DNA of 41,966 bases from Desulfobacterales bacterium (GTDB taxonomy: Bacteria; Desulfobacterota; Desulfobacteria; Desulfobacterales; JAHEIW01), in assembly GCA_050122495.1 (NCBI GenBank), contig JASFIU010000003.1, positions 1 through 41,966 of the forward strand, given 5' to 3'. The notes beneath the pieces are model-generated. The model did no database searches. It had not been told where the DNA came from and was given only the letters and a program-made list of their open reading frames with translations. This document shows, one piece after another, positions 29,604 through 37,726 of this stretch (the stretch's first letter is position 1; every line of letters starts with the position of its first letter). The translations under genes and the position numbers were made by a program.

Positions 29604-29684
29604 AAACGATGGGAGTGTTACGACCATCGACCCTCCGAAGGCAAAAGCCCGTCAGCGCTTTAAACTTTGCGGTTGGAATCGTTT
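29604..29684 (+). ncRNA. Candidate glycine-riboswitch-like (variant) aptamer
   Basis: P1 AAACGAT/ATCGTTT enclosing GGGAGTG...CTCCGAAGGCA-[AAAGC..GCTTT]-AAACTTTGCGGT; compare the glycine consensus GGAGAG...CACCGAAGGAGCAA...AAACTCTCAGGT. Confidence 0.4.
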
Positions 29685-29706
29685 CCATGCAAGGCCCCCG
29701 GTTTAA

Positions 29707-29908
29707 TACCTGAATCTTGCATGAAAAGTAATGAGAAGTTGGTATTATATTTAAAGGATTAAGACCATTTTATCTCATTACTTTTCACCCTGCGGGCGAG
29801 CCGGAGACTTCCATCTGCTGCGTTATTAAGGCTGAGGCATAGTGCACTATAGCCTCAGCCTTAAGTGCCTTGCATATGAAAGCCTCCGACTCGTGCAAAA
29901 TTCAGGTA
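29707..29908. mobile_element. TA-ended MITE/ERIC-like element, copy 2 (202 bp)
   Basis: TIRs TACCTGAATCTTGCATGA / TCGTGCAAAATTCAGGTA (16/18); core shared with 376-689. Confidence 0.75.
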
Positions 29909-29979
29909 ATAAAAGCTTGTAACCGATCAGCGTGAGACGGATTTACTAACCCTGGACTATTATAGACAAGGAGTGAAAG

Positions 29980-31563
29980 ATGAATCTCAATCGATCGAAT
30001 GCAAACGAAGCGCTTCAAACGAAAAATAGATCTCGCGACGTCGCGCCTCAATCCGGTATCTGCAGCAGGTGTTTGGATGGTTGCAAAGGAAATTGCGACA
30101 TGTTCAAAGCCACTTTTCGGGGGCGGGAGCTTCTTTACCCCCAGCCCTTTGGCAGCGTTACCGCCGGTGCCGATAAGGACTACCCGGTGGATTACTCTCA
30201 TTTAAATATTATGGGCTATGCCCTGGGCGCCAAGGGCATTGAAGCCGATCCTGATAAAGCCACCTTTCCAAACGTCAATACCGAAACCGAATACGGCGTT
30301 ACCGATAAGGTCAAGATGAAAGTGCCGATATTCACGGGCGCCCTCGGCAGCACCGATATTGCGCGCATCAACTGGAACCATTTCGCTATTGGCGCCGCCA
30401 TCAGCGGGATCAGTCTGGTGTGCGGGGAAAATGTCTGCGGAATCGATCCCGCATTGGAATTTGGCGACAACGGTCTGATCAAAAGTTCACCGGAGATGGA
30501 TCGCCGCATCGAGCAATATCGCCGCTACCACGAAGGCTATGGTGATATACTGGTTCAGCTGAATGTAGAGGATACCCGTAACGGTGTGGCCGAATACGTC
30601 ATTGAAAAGCACGGGGTTGAAACCATCGAATTAAAGTGGGGCCAGGGCGCCAAATGTATCGGCGGCGAAATCAAGGTGAACTCTCTGGATCGCGCGATTG
30701 AATTGAAAAAACGGGGCTACATCGTAACGCCCGATCCAGAAGACCCTGCGCATCAGGCCTCTTTTAAGGCCGGGCCTTTGAAACAATTTGAGAGGCATTC
30801 GCGCCTGGGTTTCGTGGATCAGGAAGGCTTCATGAAGGAGGTGGAACGGTTGCGCAAACTGGGCGCCAAACGCATCACCCTCAAGACCGGCGCCTATCCG
30901 ATGAGAGAGCTGGCCATGGCCATCCGCTGGTGCAGCGATGCCGATATCGATCTGCTGACCATCGATGGGGCTCCGGGCGGTACCGGAATGAGCCCCTGGC
31001 GAATGATGTGCGAATGGGGCATTCCGGCTATTTACCTTCATTCTATGGCCTATGAGTTAAGCGAACGCCTTGCGAAAAGCGGCAAGCGCGTTCCGGATCT
31101 GGCATTTGCAGGCGGCTTTTCCTCTGAGGACCATGTTTTCAAAGCCTTAGCCCTGGGAGCCCCCTATTGCAAAGCGGTTTGCATGGGCCGGGCATTGATG
31201 ATTCCGGGCATGGTCGGCAAGAATACCGAACGCTGGTTGCGGGACGAAGATGGCGGACTGCCATCAACCGTATCGAAATTCGGATTTACCAAAGAAGAAA
31301 TCTTTATGAACTATGAAGTTCTAAAGGCCAAATACGGATCGGAGATGGACAACATTCCGTTAGGCGCTGTCGGGCTCTACAATGTCGTTGATAAAATTAA
31401 AGTGGGGCTTCAGCAACTCATGGCAGGATCTCGCAACTGGGAAGTGCGCTATATCAGCCGGGACGATCTATTCTCTCTGACAGAAGATTGTGCCAAAATC
31501 ACCGGCATCAAGTATGTGATGGATGCGTATCGGCAGGAAGCTTTAGAGATCATCGATGCTTAA
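29980..31563 (+). CDS. Stand-alone FMN-binding glutamate synthase family protein
   Basis: IELKWGQGAK, TIDGAPGGTG, KALALGA, MGRALM FMN-barrel motifs; N-terminal CSRCLDGCKGNC Cys cluster; no glutamine amidotransferase domain. Confidence 0.9.
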   Translation: MNLNRSNANEALQTKNRSRDVAPQSGICSRCLDGCKGNCDMFKATFRGRELLYPQPFGSVTAGADKDYPVDYSHLNIMGYALGAKGIEADPDKATFPNVNTETEYGVTDKVKMKVPIFTGALGSTDIARINWNHFAIGAAISGISLVCGENVCGIDPALEFGDNGLIKSSPEMDRRIEQYRRYHEGYGDILVQLNVEDTRNGVAEYVIEKHGVETIELKWGQGAKCIGGEIKVNSLDRAIELKKRGYIVTPDPEDPAHQASFKAGPLKQFERHSRLGFVDQEGFMKEVERLRKLGAKRITLKTGAYPMRELAMAIRWCSDADIDLLTIDGAPGGTGMSPWRMMCEWGIPAIYLHSMAYELSERLAKSGKRVPDLAFAGGFSSEDHVFKALALGAPYCKAVCMGRALMIPGMVGKNTERWLRDEDGGLPSTVSKFGFTKEEIFMNYEVLKAKYGSEMDNIPLGAVGLYNVVDKIKVGLQQLMAGSRNWEVRYISRDDLFSLTEDCAKITGIKYVMDAYRQEALEIIDA

Positions 31564-31587
31564 AATTCCAGAAATGTTTGTATTAAG

Positions 31588-31610
31588 AAGTGGTTTTGAA
31601 ACCACTTTCT
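31588..31610 (+). terminator. Hairpin between the GltB-like gene and the GDH-like gene
   Basis: AAGTGGTTT-TG-AAACCACTT with a short T tail; weak terminator or processing site. Confidence 0.4.
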
Positions 31611-31640
31611 AGCTCAGTGCCCCACTGAAGGAGGTAAGAG

Positions 31641-32993
31641 ATGGCAGATACGACTTTGAAGCAGATTTTAGCAAGAGACCCGGAGCAGAAGGAGTTTCAC
31701 CAGGCTGTTCATGAGGTCATTGAAACCATAAAGCCGGTTTTAGATCGCCACCCGGAATATCACCAACTCGGTGTTCTCGAGCGGATTACGGAACCCGAAC
31801 GCGTGATCCTGTTTCGGGTGCCCTGGATGGATGACGAAGGATACGTGCGCGTAAATCGGGGGTACCAGGTAGAAATGAACAGTGCACTGGGCCCTTTCAA
31901 GGGAGCGCTTAGATTTCACCCTTCGGTCAATCTTGGCATTCTAAAATTTCTGGCCTTTGAGCAAACGTTTAAAAACGCCCTGACAACCCTGCCCATGGGG
32001 GGTGCTCAGGGGGGGTCGGATTTTGAACCCAAAGGAAAATCAGATGATGAGATCATGCGCTTCTGTCAGAGTTTTATGAGCGAGCTGTCCCATCACATCG
32101 GTCAGGATACGGATGTTCCGGATGGTGGTCTGGGCGTGGGAGCCCGAGAAATCGGGTACCTTTTTGGCATGTATAAAAAGCAACGCAATGAATTTAGCGG
32201 TGTTTTGACCGGCAAAGGGTTGCAGTGGGGCGGAAGTTATATTCGTCCCGAAGCAACCGGCTACGGTGTGGTCTATTTTGCAGTAGAAATGCTCGCTACC
32301 CGCAATGAAACCCTGGAAGGCAAAACCTGTCTGGTGTCCGGATCCGGGAACGTGGCGCAACACACGGCTCAAAAACTGATTGAACTGGGCGGCAAAGTTT
32401 TGACCCTCTCGGATTCGTCCGGCTATATCTATGACCCGGAAGGTATCGATCAATCCAAGCTGGATTTTGTCAAACGCTTGAAAAATATCAAACGGGGAAG
32501 GATCAAAGAATATATCGATAAATATTCTGAAGCGATTTACACTGAAGCCGATACCTCACTGGAAGCCAATCCCTTGTGGAATCAAAGAGCAGATTGTGCA
32601 TTTCCGTGTGCCGTGGAAAATGAAATTTCAGAGAATGATGCCTATAATCTGCTCAACAACGGCATCAAATTGATCTGCGAAGGCGCCGACATGCCGTCAT
32701 CACCGGGGGCTGTTAAAATCTTTGCGGACAAGAAGATTCTGTACGCACCGGCTAAGGCAGCCAATGCAGGCGGAGTAGCGGTGTCCGGGCTGGAAATGGC
32801 CCAGAACAGAATGCTCCTGAACTGGTCGGCTGAGGAGGTCGACAGCCGTCTGAAGACCATCATGCAGAACATCCATCAAAACTGCCTGGAGGTGGCGGCC
32901 CATTACGACATGCCGGGCAACTATCTGGTGGGCGCCAACAGCGCCGGTTTTGTGCGGGTGGTTAATGCCATGCTGGATCAGGGATTGGTATAA
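31641..32993 (+). CDS. gdhA: NADP-type glutamate dehydrogenase homologue with substituted catalytic residues
   Basis: Full-length GdhA fold (LRFHPSVN, FEQTFKN, RPEATGYG, SGSGNVA, AANAGGVAVS) but GGAQGG replaces GGGKGG and PDGGLG replaces PAGDIG. Confidence 0.92.
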   Translation: MADTTLKQILARDPEQKEFHQAVHEVIETIKPVLDRHPEYHQLGVLERITEPERVILFRVPWMDDEGYVRVNRGYQVEMNSALGPFKGALRFHPSVNLGILKFLAFEQTFKNALTTLPMGGAQGGSDFEPKGKSDDEIMRFCQSFMSELSHHIGQDTDVPDGGLGVGAREIGYLFGMYKKQRNEFSGVLTGKGLQWGGSYIRPEATGYGVVYFAVEMLATRNETLEGKTCLVSGSGNVAQHTAQKLIELGGKVLTLSDSSGYIYDPEGIDQSKLDFVKRLKNIKRGRIKEYIDKYSEAIYTEADTSLEANPLWNQRADCAFPCAVENEISENDAYNLLNNGIKLICEGADMPSSPGAVKIFADKKILYAPAKAANAGGVAVSGLEMAQNRMLLNWSAEEVDSRLKTIMQNIHQNCLEVAAHYDMPGNYLVGANSAGFVRVVNAMLDQGLV

Positions 32994-33066
32994 TCCCTGA
33001 ATTGCGGGATGAAGCGTCTAATTTTATGACGCCAAGGGGCTTCTCATGATAATTAATGAGAAGTTG
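32994..33066. repeat. Partial copy of MITE modules between convergent genes
   Basis: GCGGGATGAAGCGTCTAATTTT..AAGGGGCTTCTC resembles 608-649; CATGATAATTAATGAGAAGTTG resembles 29720-29741. Confidence 0.55.
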
Positions 33067-33075
33067 AGACTGTAT

Positions 33076-34194
33076 TTAATCGTTTAAGCTTTGCCTGAGA
33101 TACGTGTAAAGATCGATCACCTTGAGATCTGATTGCGTGCCGCTCTGGGCGCACGAAAAATGAATCAGGCATTTGGGGCAGGCAGTGACAAGGATTCGGG
33201 CTCCCGTTTGCTCGGCTTCCTGCAAGCGTTCATCCTGAACGGCTTTCGAATAGCTTGAGCAGGCCATCCAGGCGCTGGTCCCGCAGCAAAGTGCATTTTG
33301 GCGGTTACGCTCCATCTCCACCAGGTCAGTATGGGGAAGCGATTTTAAAAGCTCACGGGGCGGTTCGTATATGCCTGCCAGGCGACCGAGGCGACACGGG
33401 TCATGATAGGTAATTGGACCGGCCGTGGACGGCTGGAAAGATAAGCTTGAATCCGGAAGTTTGCGCGCCAGAAATTCCGTCATGTGCAAAACTTCAAAGG
33501 GAAGCTTGCCAAAATACTTTGGATAATATTTTTTAAAGGTGGCATAACCCTCGGGGCAACTAAAGAGCACGGTCTTGGCTCCGGAGGACTGAATCACTTC
33601 AAGGTTCCAGCCGGCCAGCTTGCGGAAGGTCGCGTGATCTCCACACCATAATGCATCGTGCCCGCAACAGCGTTCATGATTGCTGATGACGGGTTCAATT
33701 CCCATTTTATTTAGCAATGTGAGCACACTCCGCCCGGTCTCCAGGGCGGACAGGTTCAAATATCGGAAGGTCACGTCAAAGAAAGGCAGGCACCCAACAA
33801 AATAAAAATATTCCCCGGTGTCCCCAAAAGCTCCCGCTTCACGAGCCCACTGAGTACGCTGCTGTTTTAAGTCAAAGGTTTGCAGACCGGCGACTGCCTG
33901 CAAAATACCGTGATGGCTTTCTTGAGGATAATTTCCAGCGCTGCGAGCCTCCTGGCGGTGGGCACTGATGAATTCTGGGAAGTCAATCTCTGCCGGACAG
34001 CGTTCACTGCAACTTGCGCAGCTCAAGCAGGCCCAAATTTCGCGACTCTGAACGAGACCGCCATCCGGATCCAATACAGCTTGTTTGATGAGCTGTCTCG
34101 GCGAAAATGTAGACAGCTCACGGCTGATGGGGCAGCTTCCGGTACACAGACCGCATTCCATGCAATAGTCGATTTGTTTTTGAGTAAGATCCAT
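33076..34194 (-). CDS. HdrD/GlpC-like Fe-S protein with CCG domains
   Basis: CMECGLCTGSCP and CLSCASCSERCP ferredoxin motifs; ERCCGH, HDPCRLG, LCCGT, TACPKC. Confidence 0.9.
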   Translation of the reverse strand: MDLTQKQIDYCMECGLCTGSCPISRELSTFSPRQLIKQAVLDPDGGLVQSREIWACLSCASCSERCPAEIDFPEFISAHRQEARSAGNYPQESHHGILQAVAGLQTFDLKQQRTQWAREAGAFGDTGEYFYFVGCLPFFDVTFRYLNLSALETGRSVLTLLNKMGIEPVISNHERCCGHDALWCGDHATFRKLAGWNLEVIQSSGAKTVLFSCPEGYATFKKYYPKYFGKLPFEVLHMTEFLARKLPDSSLSFQPSTAGPITYHDPCRLGRLAGIYEPPRELLKSLPHTDLVEMERNRQNALCCGTSAWMACSSYSKAVQDERLQEAEQTGARILVTACPKCLIHFSCAQSGTQSDLKVIDLYTYLRQSLND

Positions 34195-34207
34195 ATCTTT
34201 ACATTAT

Positions 34208-34624
34208 TCAATTTTCAATCTTCAATTCCGGTTCAAGCGTTTTGAGCAATTCAACAAAATTATGAATTTCTTCTGCAAACGCCGCCCCTTCGGATGCTGA
34301 AATCCATTTCAGTCGCAGGCGGCGCTTATCGATCCCAAGCAATCTGAGAATTTCCCAGGTCTCTTCAATGACCTTTTCACATTTCACATTACCGTCCAGG
34401 TAATGGCAGTCGCCGATATGTCAGCCTGAAACCAGTAACCCGTCTGCCCCCTTAAGGAAAGCTTTTAACAGGAAGCCGTGATTGATTCTGCCGGTACACA
34501 TCACGCGGATCAGGCGCACATAGGTCGGATACTGAATGCGGGACACCCCTGCCAGATCGGCTCCGGCATAAGCGCACCAGTTGCAGACAAAGGCTAAAAT
34601 TTGAGGTTGCGCTGCATTTTTCAT
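34208..34624 (-). CDS. mvhD: MvhD/FlxD [2Fe-2S] subunit, selenoprotein (Sec at TGA 34421-34423)
   Basis: [19 protein letters not shown], then [15 protein letters not shown]...WISASEG in frame to a stop at 34208 (138 aa). Confidence 0.92.
34387..34405 (-). promoter_or_regulatory. Bacterial SECIS element
   Basis: CATTACC-TGGAC-GGTAATG hairpin 15 nt 3' of the in-frame UGA. Confidence 0.75.
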
Positions 34625-34657
34625 TTTCACAATGGCCAGAAATTAATTATTCAATAT

Positions 34658-37600
34658 TCAATCTTCACTTTTCAATTGGTAACGGTCTTCAATCATCCCA
34701 TTGATTTGCTCATCTTTAAAGTGAGACAAGGAGGCCGCTCCGGTGGGGCAGGCCACATTACAGACCCCACAACCCGTACACAGTGATTCTGTCACCAGAG
34801 CCCGCTGCCGGCCTTCGGGAACTTCGGTTACATTGATGGCTTCAAAACTGCAGGCCCTTTCGCATTCACCGCATGCCCGGCAAAGTTCGGCATCCACCCG
34901 ATTGATCATGCCTTCAGCCACAATTTCCTTTTTGGAAAGCACGGTGACTGCCCGGGAAACTGCTCCACGGGCTTGCGCGATGCTTTCATTGGCGAATTTG
35001 GGGCCCTGGGCCAGTCCGCAGAGATAAAAACCGGGCGTCGCAATATCGAGTGGTCTCAATTTCGGGTGGGCTTCCATGAAGAATCCATCTTCATCCAGGG
35101 GCAGCCGCATGGCTTCGGCCAGCTGTTGGCTTTCTTCCCGGGGACGAATGGCGGCGCTCAAAATCACCAGATCCGTTTGCAGCTCAACCGTTGCCTGCAA
35201 TTGCGCATCAAAAACATAAACACCGAGGGTGCCGTCTTGATTGCTTACCCGGGGCTTGTGGTCAAGCTCGAATCGATAAAAGCGAACGCCATGTCGGCGT
35301 GCTTCCGAATAGTACCTTTCTTTGAAGCCAAAGGTACGGATATCCCGGTACAGGACCGATATCTGCGCATTCGGGTTAATGGTTTTTAATTTCAAACTGT
35401 TTTTAATGGCCGCTGTGCAGCACACTCGGCTGCAATAAAGATGTTCGGGCTCACGCGAACCGACACACTGAATCATGGTGACCCGCCTCAGCTTCTTGGC
35501 AGCGTCGGGATCTGATTTCAACCGATCTTCAAATTCTTTTTGGGTGATCACGCCGGGGTGCCGGCCATAAAGGTATTCGGTGGGTGTATGTTCCTGTCCG
35601 CCCGTCGCCACAACCACGACACCATGAGAGATGGTCTGGGACTGATCTTTGACCGTAATATGAGAAGTATAATTGCCACAACTTCCGGTAATGGATGTCA
35701 CCTGTGCTTCTCTGTAAACCGTGATCAAGGGCTGATTTTCAACTTTCTGAATAAGATCTCGAACATATTGAGCTGGATTGGCGCCGTCTTCAGTGTAATA
35801 TAGGGTACGGGCATTGCCGCCCAATTGAGCGCTTCGTTCCACCAGGGTGGACTCAAATCCCTGTTCGGCAAAGGCCAGAGCAGCGCTAAGACCGGCGAGC
35901 CCGCCTCCGACGACCAGGGCTTTTTGAATCACCGCATAGGATGTTTCGTAAAGCGGTTCTAAAAGACGGGCACGCGAAACTGACATTCGCACCAGTTCCT
36001 TAGCCTTATCCGTTGCCTCTTTCGGCGCGGCCTGATGGACCCAGGCATCCTGCTCACGAATATTGGCGAGTTCAAAGAGATAGGGATTGAGGCCGGCTTC
36101 ACGCAGCGTATTGCGGAAAAGCGGCTCATGGGTTCGCGGCGTGCAGGATGCCACCACCACCCGGTTGAGATTATGGTCCTTAATTGCCTGCTTAATTTCC
36201 TGGAGTTGATCGGTGGAGCAGGCAAACATGCAATCGGTTGCATATTTTACGTTCGGCAGCGTACGGGCAAATTCGGCAACCGCCTTCACGTCAACCACAC
36301 CGGCAATATTGATGCCGCAATGACAGACGAAAACACCCATACAAGGTTCTTCTCCAATGACGTTGCGTTCCGCAAGGGGAGATGGGGTCGTCACCAGTGA
36401 ACCTCTTGTTTCCGCTAACAGGGAGGTTGCCTGGGCGGCAGCGCTGCTGCCCTGTTGAACGGATTCCGGAATATCTTTGGGCCCCTGAGCAGCGCCGCAG
36501 ACATAAATCCCGGGCTTTGAGGTGGAGACCACATCCAACGATTCGGAGGCACAGAAGCCATGCTCATTTATTTTTAAGCCAAGGCGTTTTGCCAATTGCA
36601 CAGTTGAAGCGTTCGGACAAAGACCGACGGAAAGGACGACCATATCATATGTTTCTTCCTGGAGGTGATGGTCCGGCGCGGCATAAGAAATGCTCAAGGT
36701 ATCATCTTCGGGATTCGGAATCACTCTGGAGATCAGGGATCGCACGTAGCGGACGTCATTTTCTGATTCGGACTTCTCGTAAAACCGATCGAATCCCTTA
36801 CCCTGGGCCCGAATATCAATAAAAAAAATGGCGGTGTCGATGTCCCGGGCATGTTCTTTGGTGATTATGGCCTGTTTGGTGGCAGACATGCAGCATACGG
36901 CCGAACAGTAATCGCTTCCCATATGGCTGTCACGGGATCCCACACACTGGATCCAGGCGATACGGCGCGGCTTTTGGCCGTCAGAGAGGCGTTGGATGTG
37001 GCCCTGGAAAGGACCGGCTGCTGAAAGGATGCGTTCGTATTCCAAACTGGTGATGACATTGGGCCACCGTCCGTAACCATATTCTCCTTTCGAGCGCGCA
37101 TCAAAGGGTTCAAATCCCCCGGCCAAAATCAACGCCCCCGTTTCGACGGTGACGATTTCATCTTGCTGGTCGAAAATAACGGCTTTATTTTTACACACTT
37201 TTTCGCAGATCCGACATTTTCCTTTTATAAAATAGGTGCAATGTTCTTTATCAATGGTGTAAACAAGGGGGACCGCCTGAGGATAAGGGATATAAATGGC
37301 TTTGCGCTGATTTAGATTTAGATTGAATGGATCGGAAACTATTGCAGGGCACTTCTCAGCGCAAATGTTGCAAGCCACGCATCTTTCCGGATCAACACCA
37401 CGGGCTTTCTTTTTAAGACTTAACTGAAATCGGCCCGGCTCGCCGTCTAAACTGAGAACATCAGTATACGCAAAGATATCGATATTGGGATGATTGGCCA
37501 ATTCCGCCAGCTTGGGGCCCAGCATGCAAGAAGAGCAATCATTGGTGGGGAAGGTTTTGTCCAGCTGCGCCATAACCCCTCCCACATGGGGCCTTTCTTC

Positions 37601-37726
37601 TACTAGATGCACTTTAAAGCCGGAATTGGCAATATCCAGGGCCGTTTGGATGCCGGCTATGCCGCTGCCGACGATGGTGATGGATCCGATTTTTTCTGTA
37701 TGCGGTTTTATTTGTTCCGGGGTCAT
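34658..37726 (-). CDS. hdrA: Large heterodisulfide reductase subunit A-like flavoprotein (two FAD modules)
   Basis: GSGIAG, DKTFPTNDCSSC, QCVGSR..CSAVCC, FVCHCG..SCTPRTH, second GGGLAG/QCVGSR..CSRVCC, ferredoxin motifs; ATG 37726 overlaps the hdrB stop (ATGA). Confidence 0.93.
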   Translation of the reverse strand: MTPEQIKPHTEKIGSITIVGSGIAGIQTALDIANSGFKVHLVEERPHVGGVMAQLDKTFPTNDCSSCMLGPKLAELANHPNIDIFAYTDVLSLDGEPGRFQLSLKKKARGVDPERCVACNICAEKCPAIVSDPFNLNLNQRKAIYIPYPQAVPLVYTIDKEHCTYFIKGKCRICEKVCKNKAVIFDQQDEIVTVETGALILAGGFEPFDARSKGEYGYGRWPNVITSLEYERILSAAGPFQGHIQRLSDGQKPRRIAWIQCVGSRDSHMGSDYCSAVCCMSATKQAIITKEHARDIDTAIFFIDIRAQGKGFDRFYEKSESENDVRYVRSLISRVIPNPEDDTLSISYAAPDHHLQEETYDMVVLSVGLCPNASTVQLAKRLGLKINEHGFCASESLDVVSTSKPGIYVCGAAQGPKDIPESVQQGSSAAAQATSLLAETRGSLVTTPSPLAERNVIGEEPCMGVFVCHCGINIAGVVDVKAVAEFARTLPNVKYATDCMFACSTDQLQEIKQAIKDHNLNRVVVASCTPRTHEPLFRNTLREAGLNPYLFELANIREQDAWVHQAAPKEATDKAKELVRMSVSRARLLEPLYETSYAVIQKALVVGGGLAGLSAALAFAEQGFESTLVERSAQLGGNARTLYYTEDGANPAQYVRDLIQKVENQPLITVYREAQVTSITGSCGNYTSHITVKDQSQTISHGVVVVATGGQEHTPTEYLYGRHPGVITQKEFEDRLKSDPDAAKKLRRVTMIQCVGSREPEHLYCSRVCCTAAIKNSLKLKTINPNAQISVLYRDIRTFGFKERYYSEARRHGVRFYRFELDHKPRVSNQDGTLGVYVFDAQLQATVELQTDLVILSAAIRPREESQQLAEAMRLPLDEDGFFMEAHPKLRPLDIATPGFYLCGLAQGPKFANESIAQARGAVSRAVTVLSKKEIVAEGMINRVDAELCRACGECERACSFEAINVTEVPEGRQRALVTESLCTGCGVCNVACPTGAASLSHFKDEQINGMIEDRYQLKSED

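Noticed and set aside
29631-29660. ykkC-type (ppGpp/PRPP/guanidine-I) or glnA riboswitch before the glutamate synthase-like gene
   Set aside because: Only AAAAGCCCG resembles ykkC; the UAGGGUUCCG 5' core is missing, and no glnA-motif core was seen.
31641-32993. gdhA as a decaying pseudogene
   Set aside because: No stops or frameshifts, strong RBS, and the changes concentrate at catalytic positions.
34421-34630. 69-aa ORF suggesting a truncated mvhD pseudogene
   Set aside because: The stop is a UGA at a conserved Cys, with a SECIS-like hairpin and intact downstream homology, so Sec readthrough is more likely.
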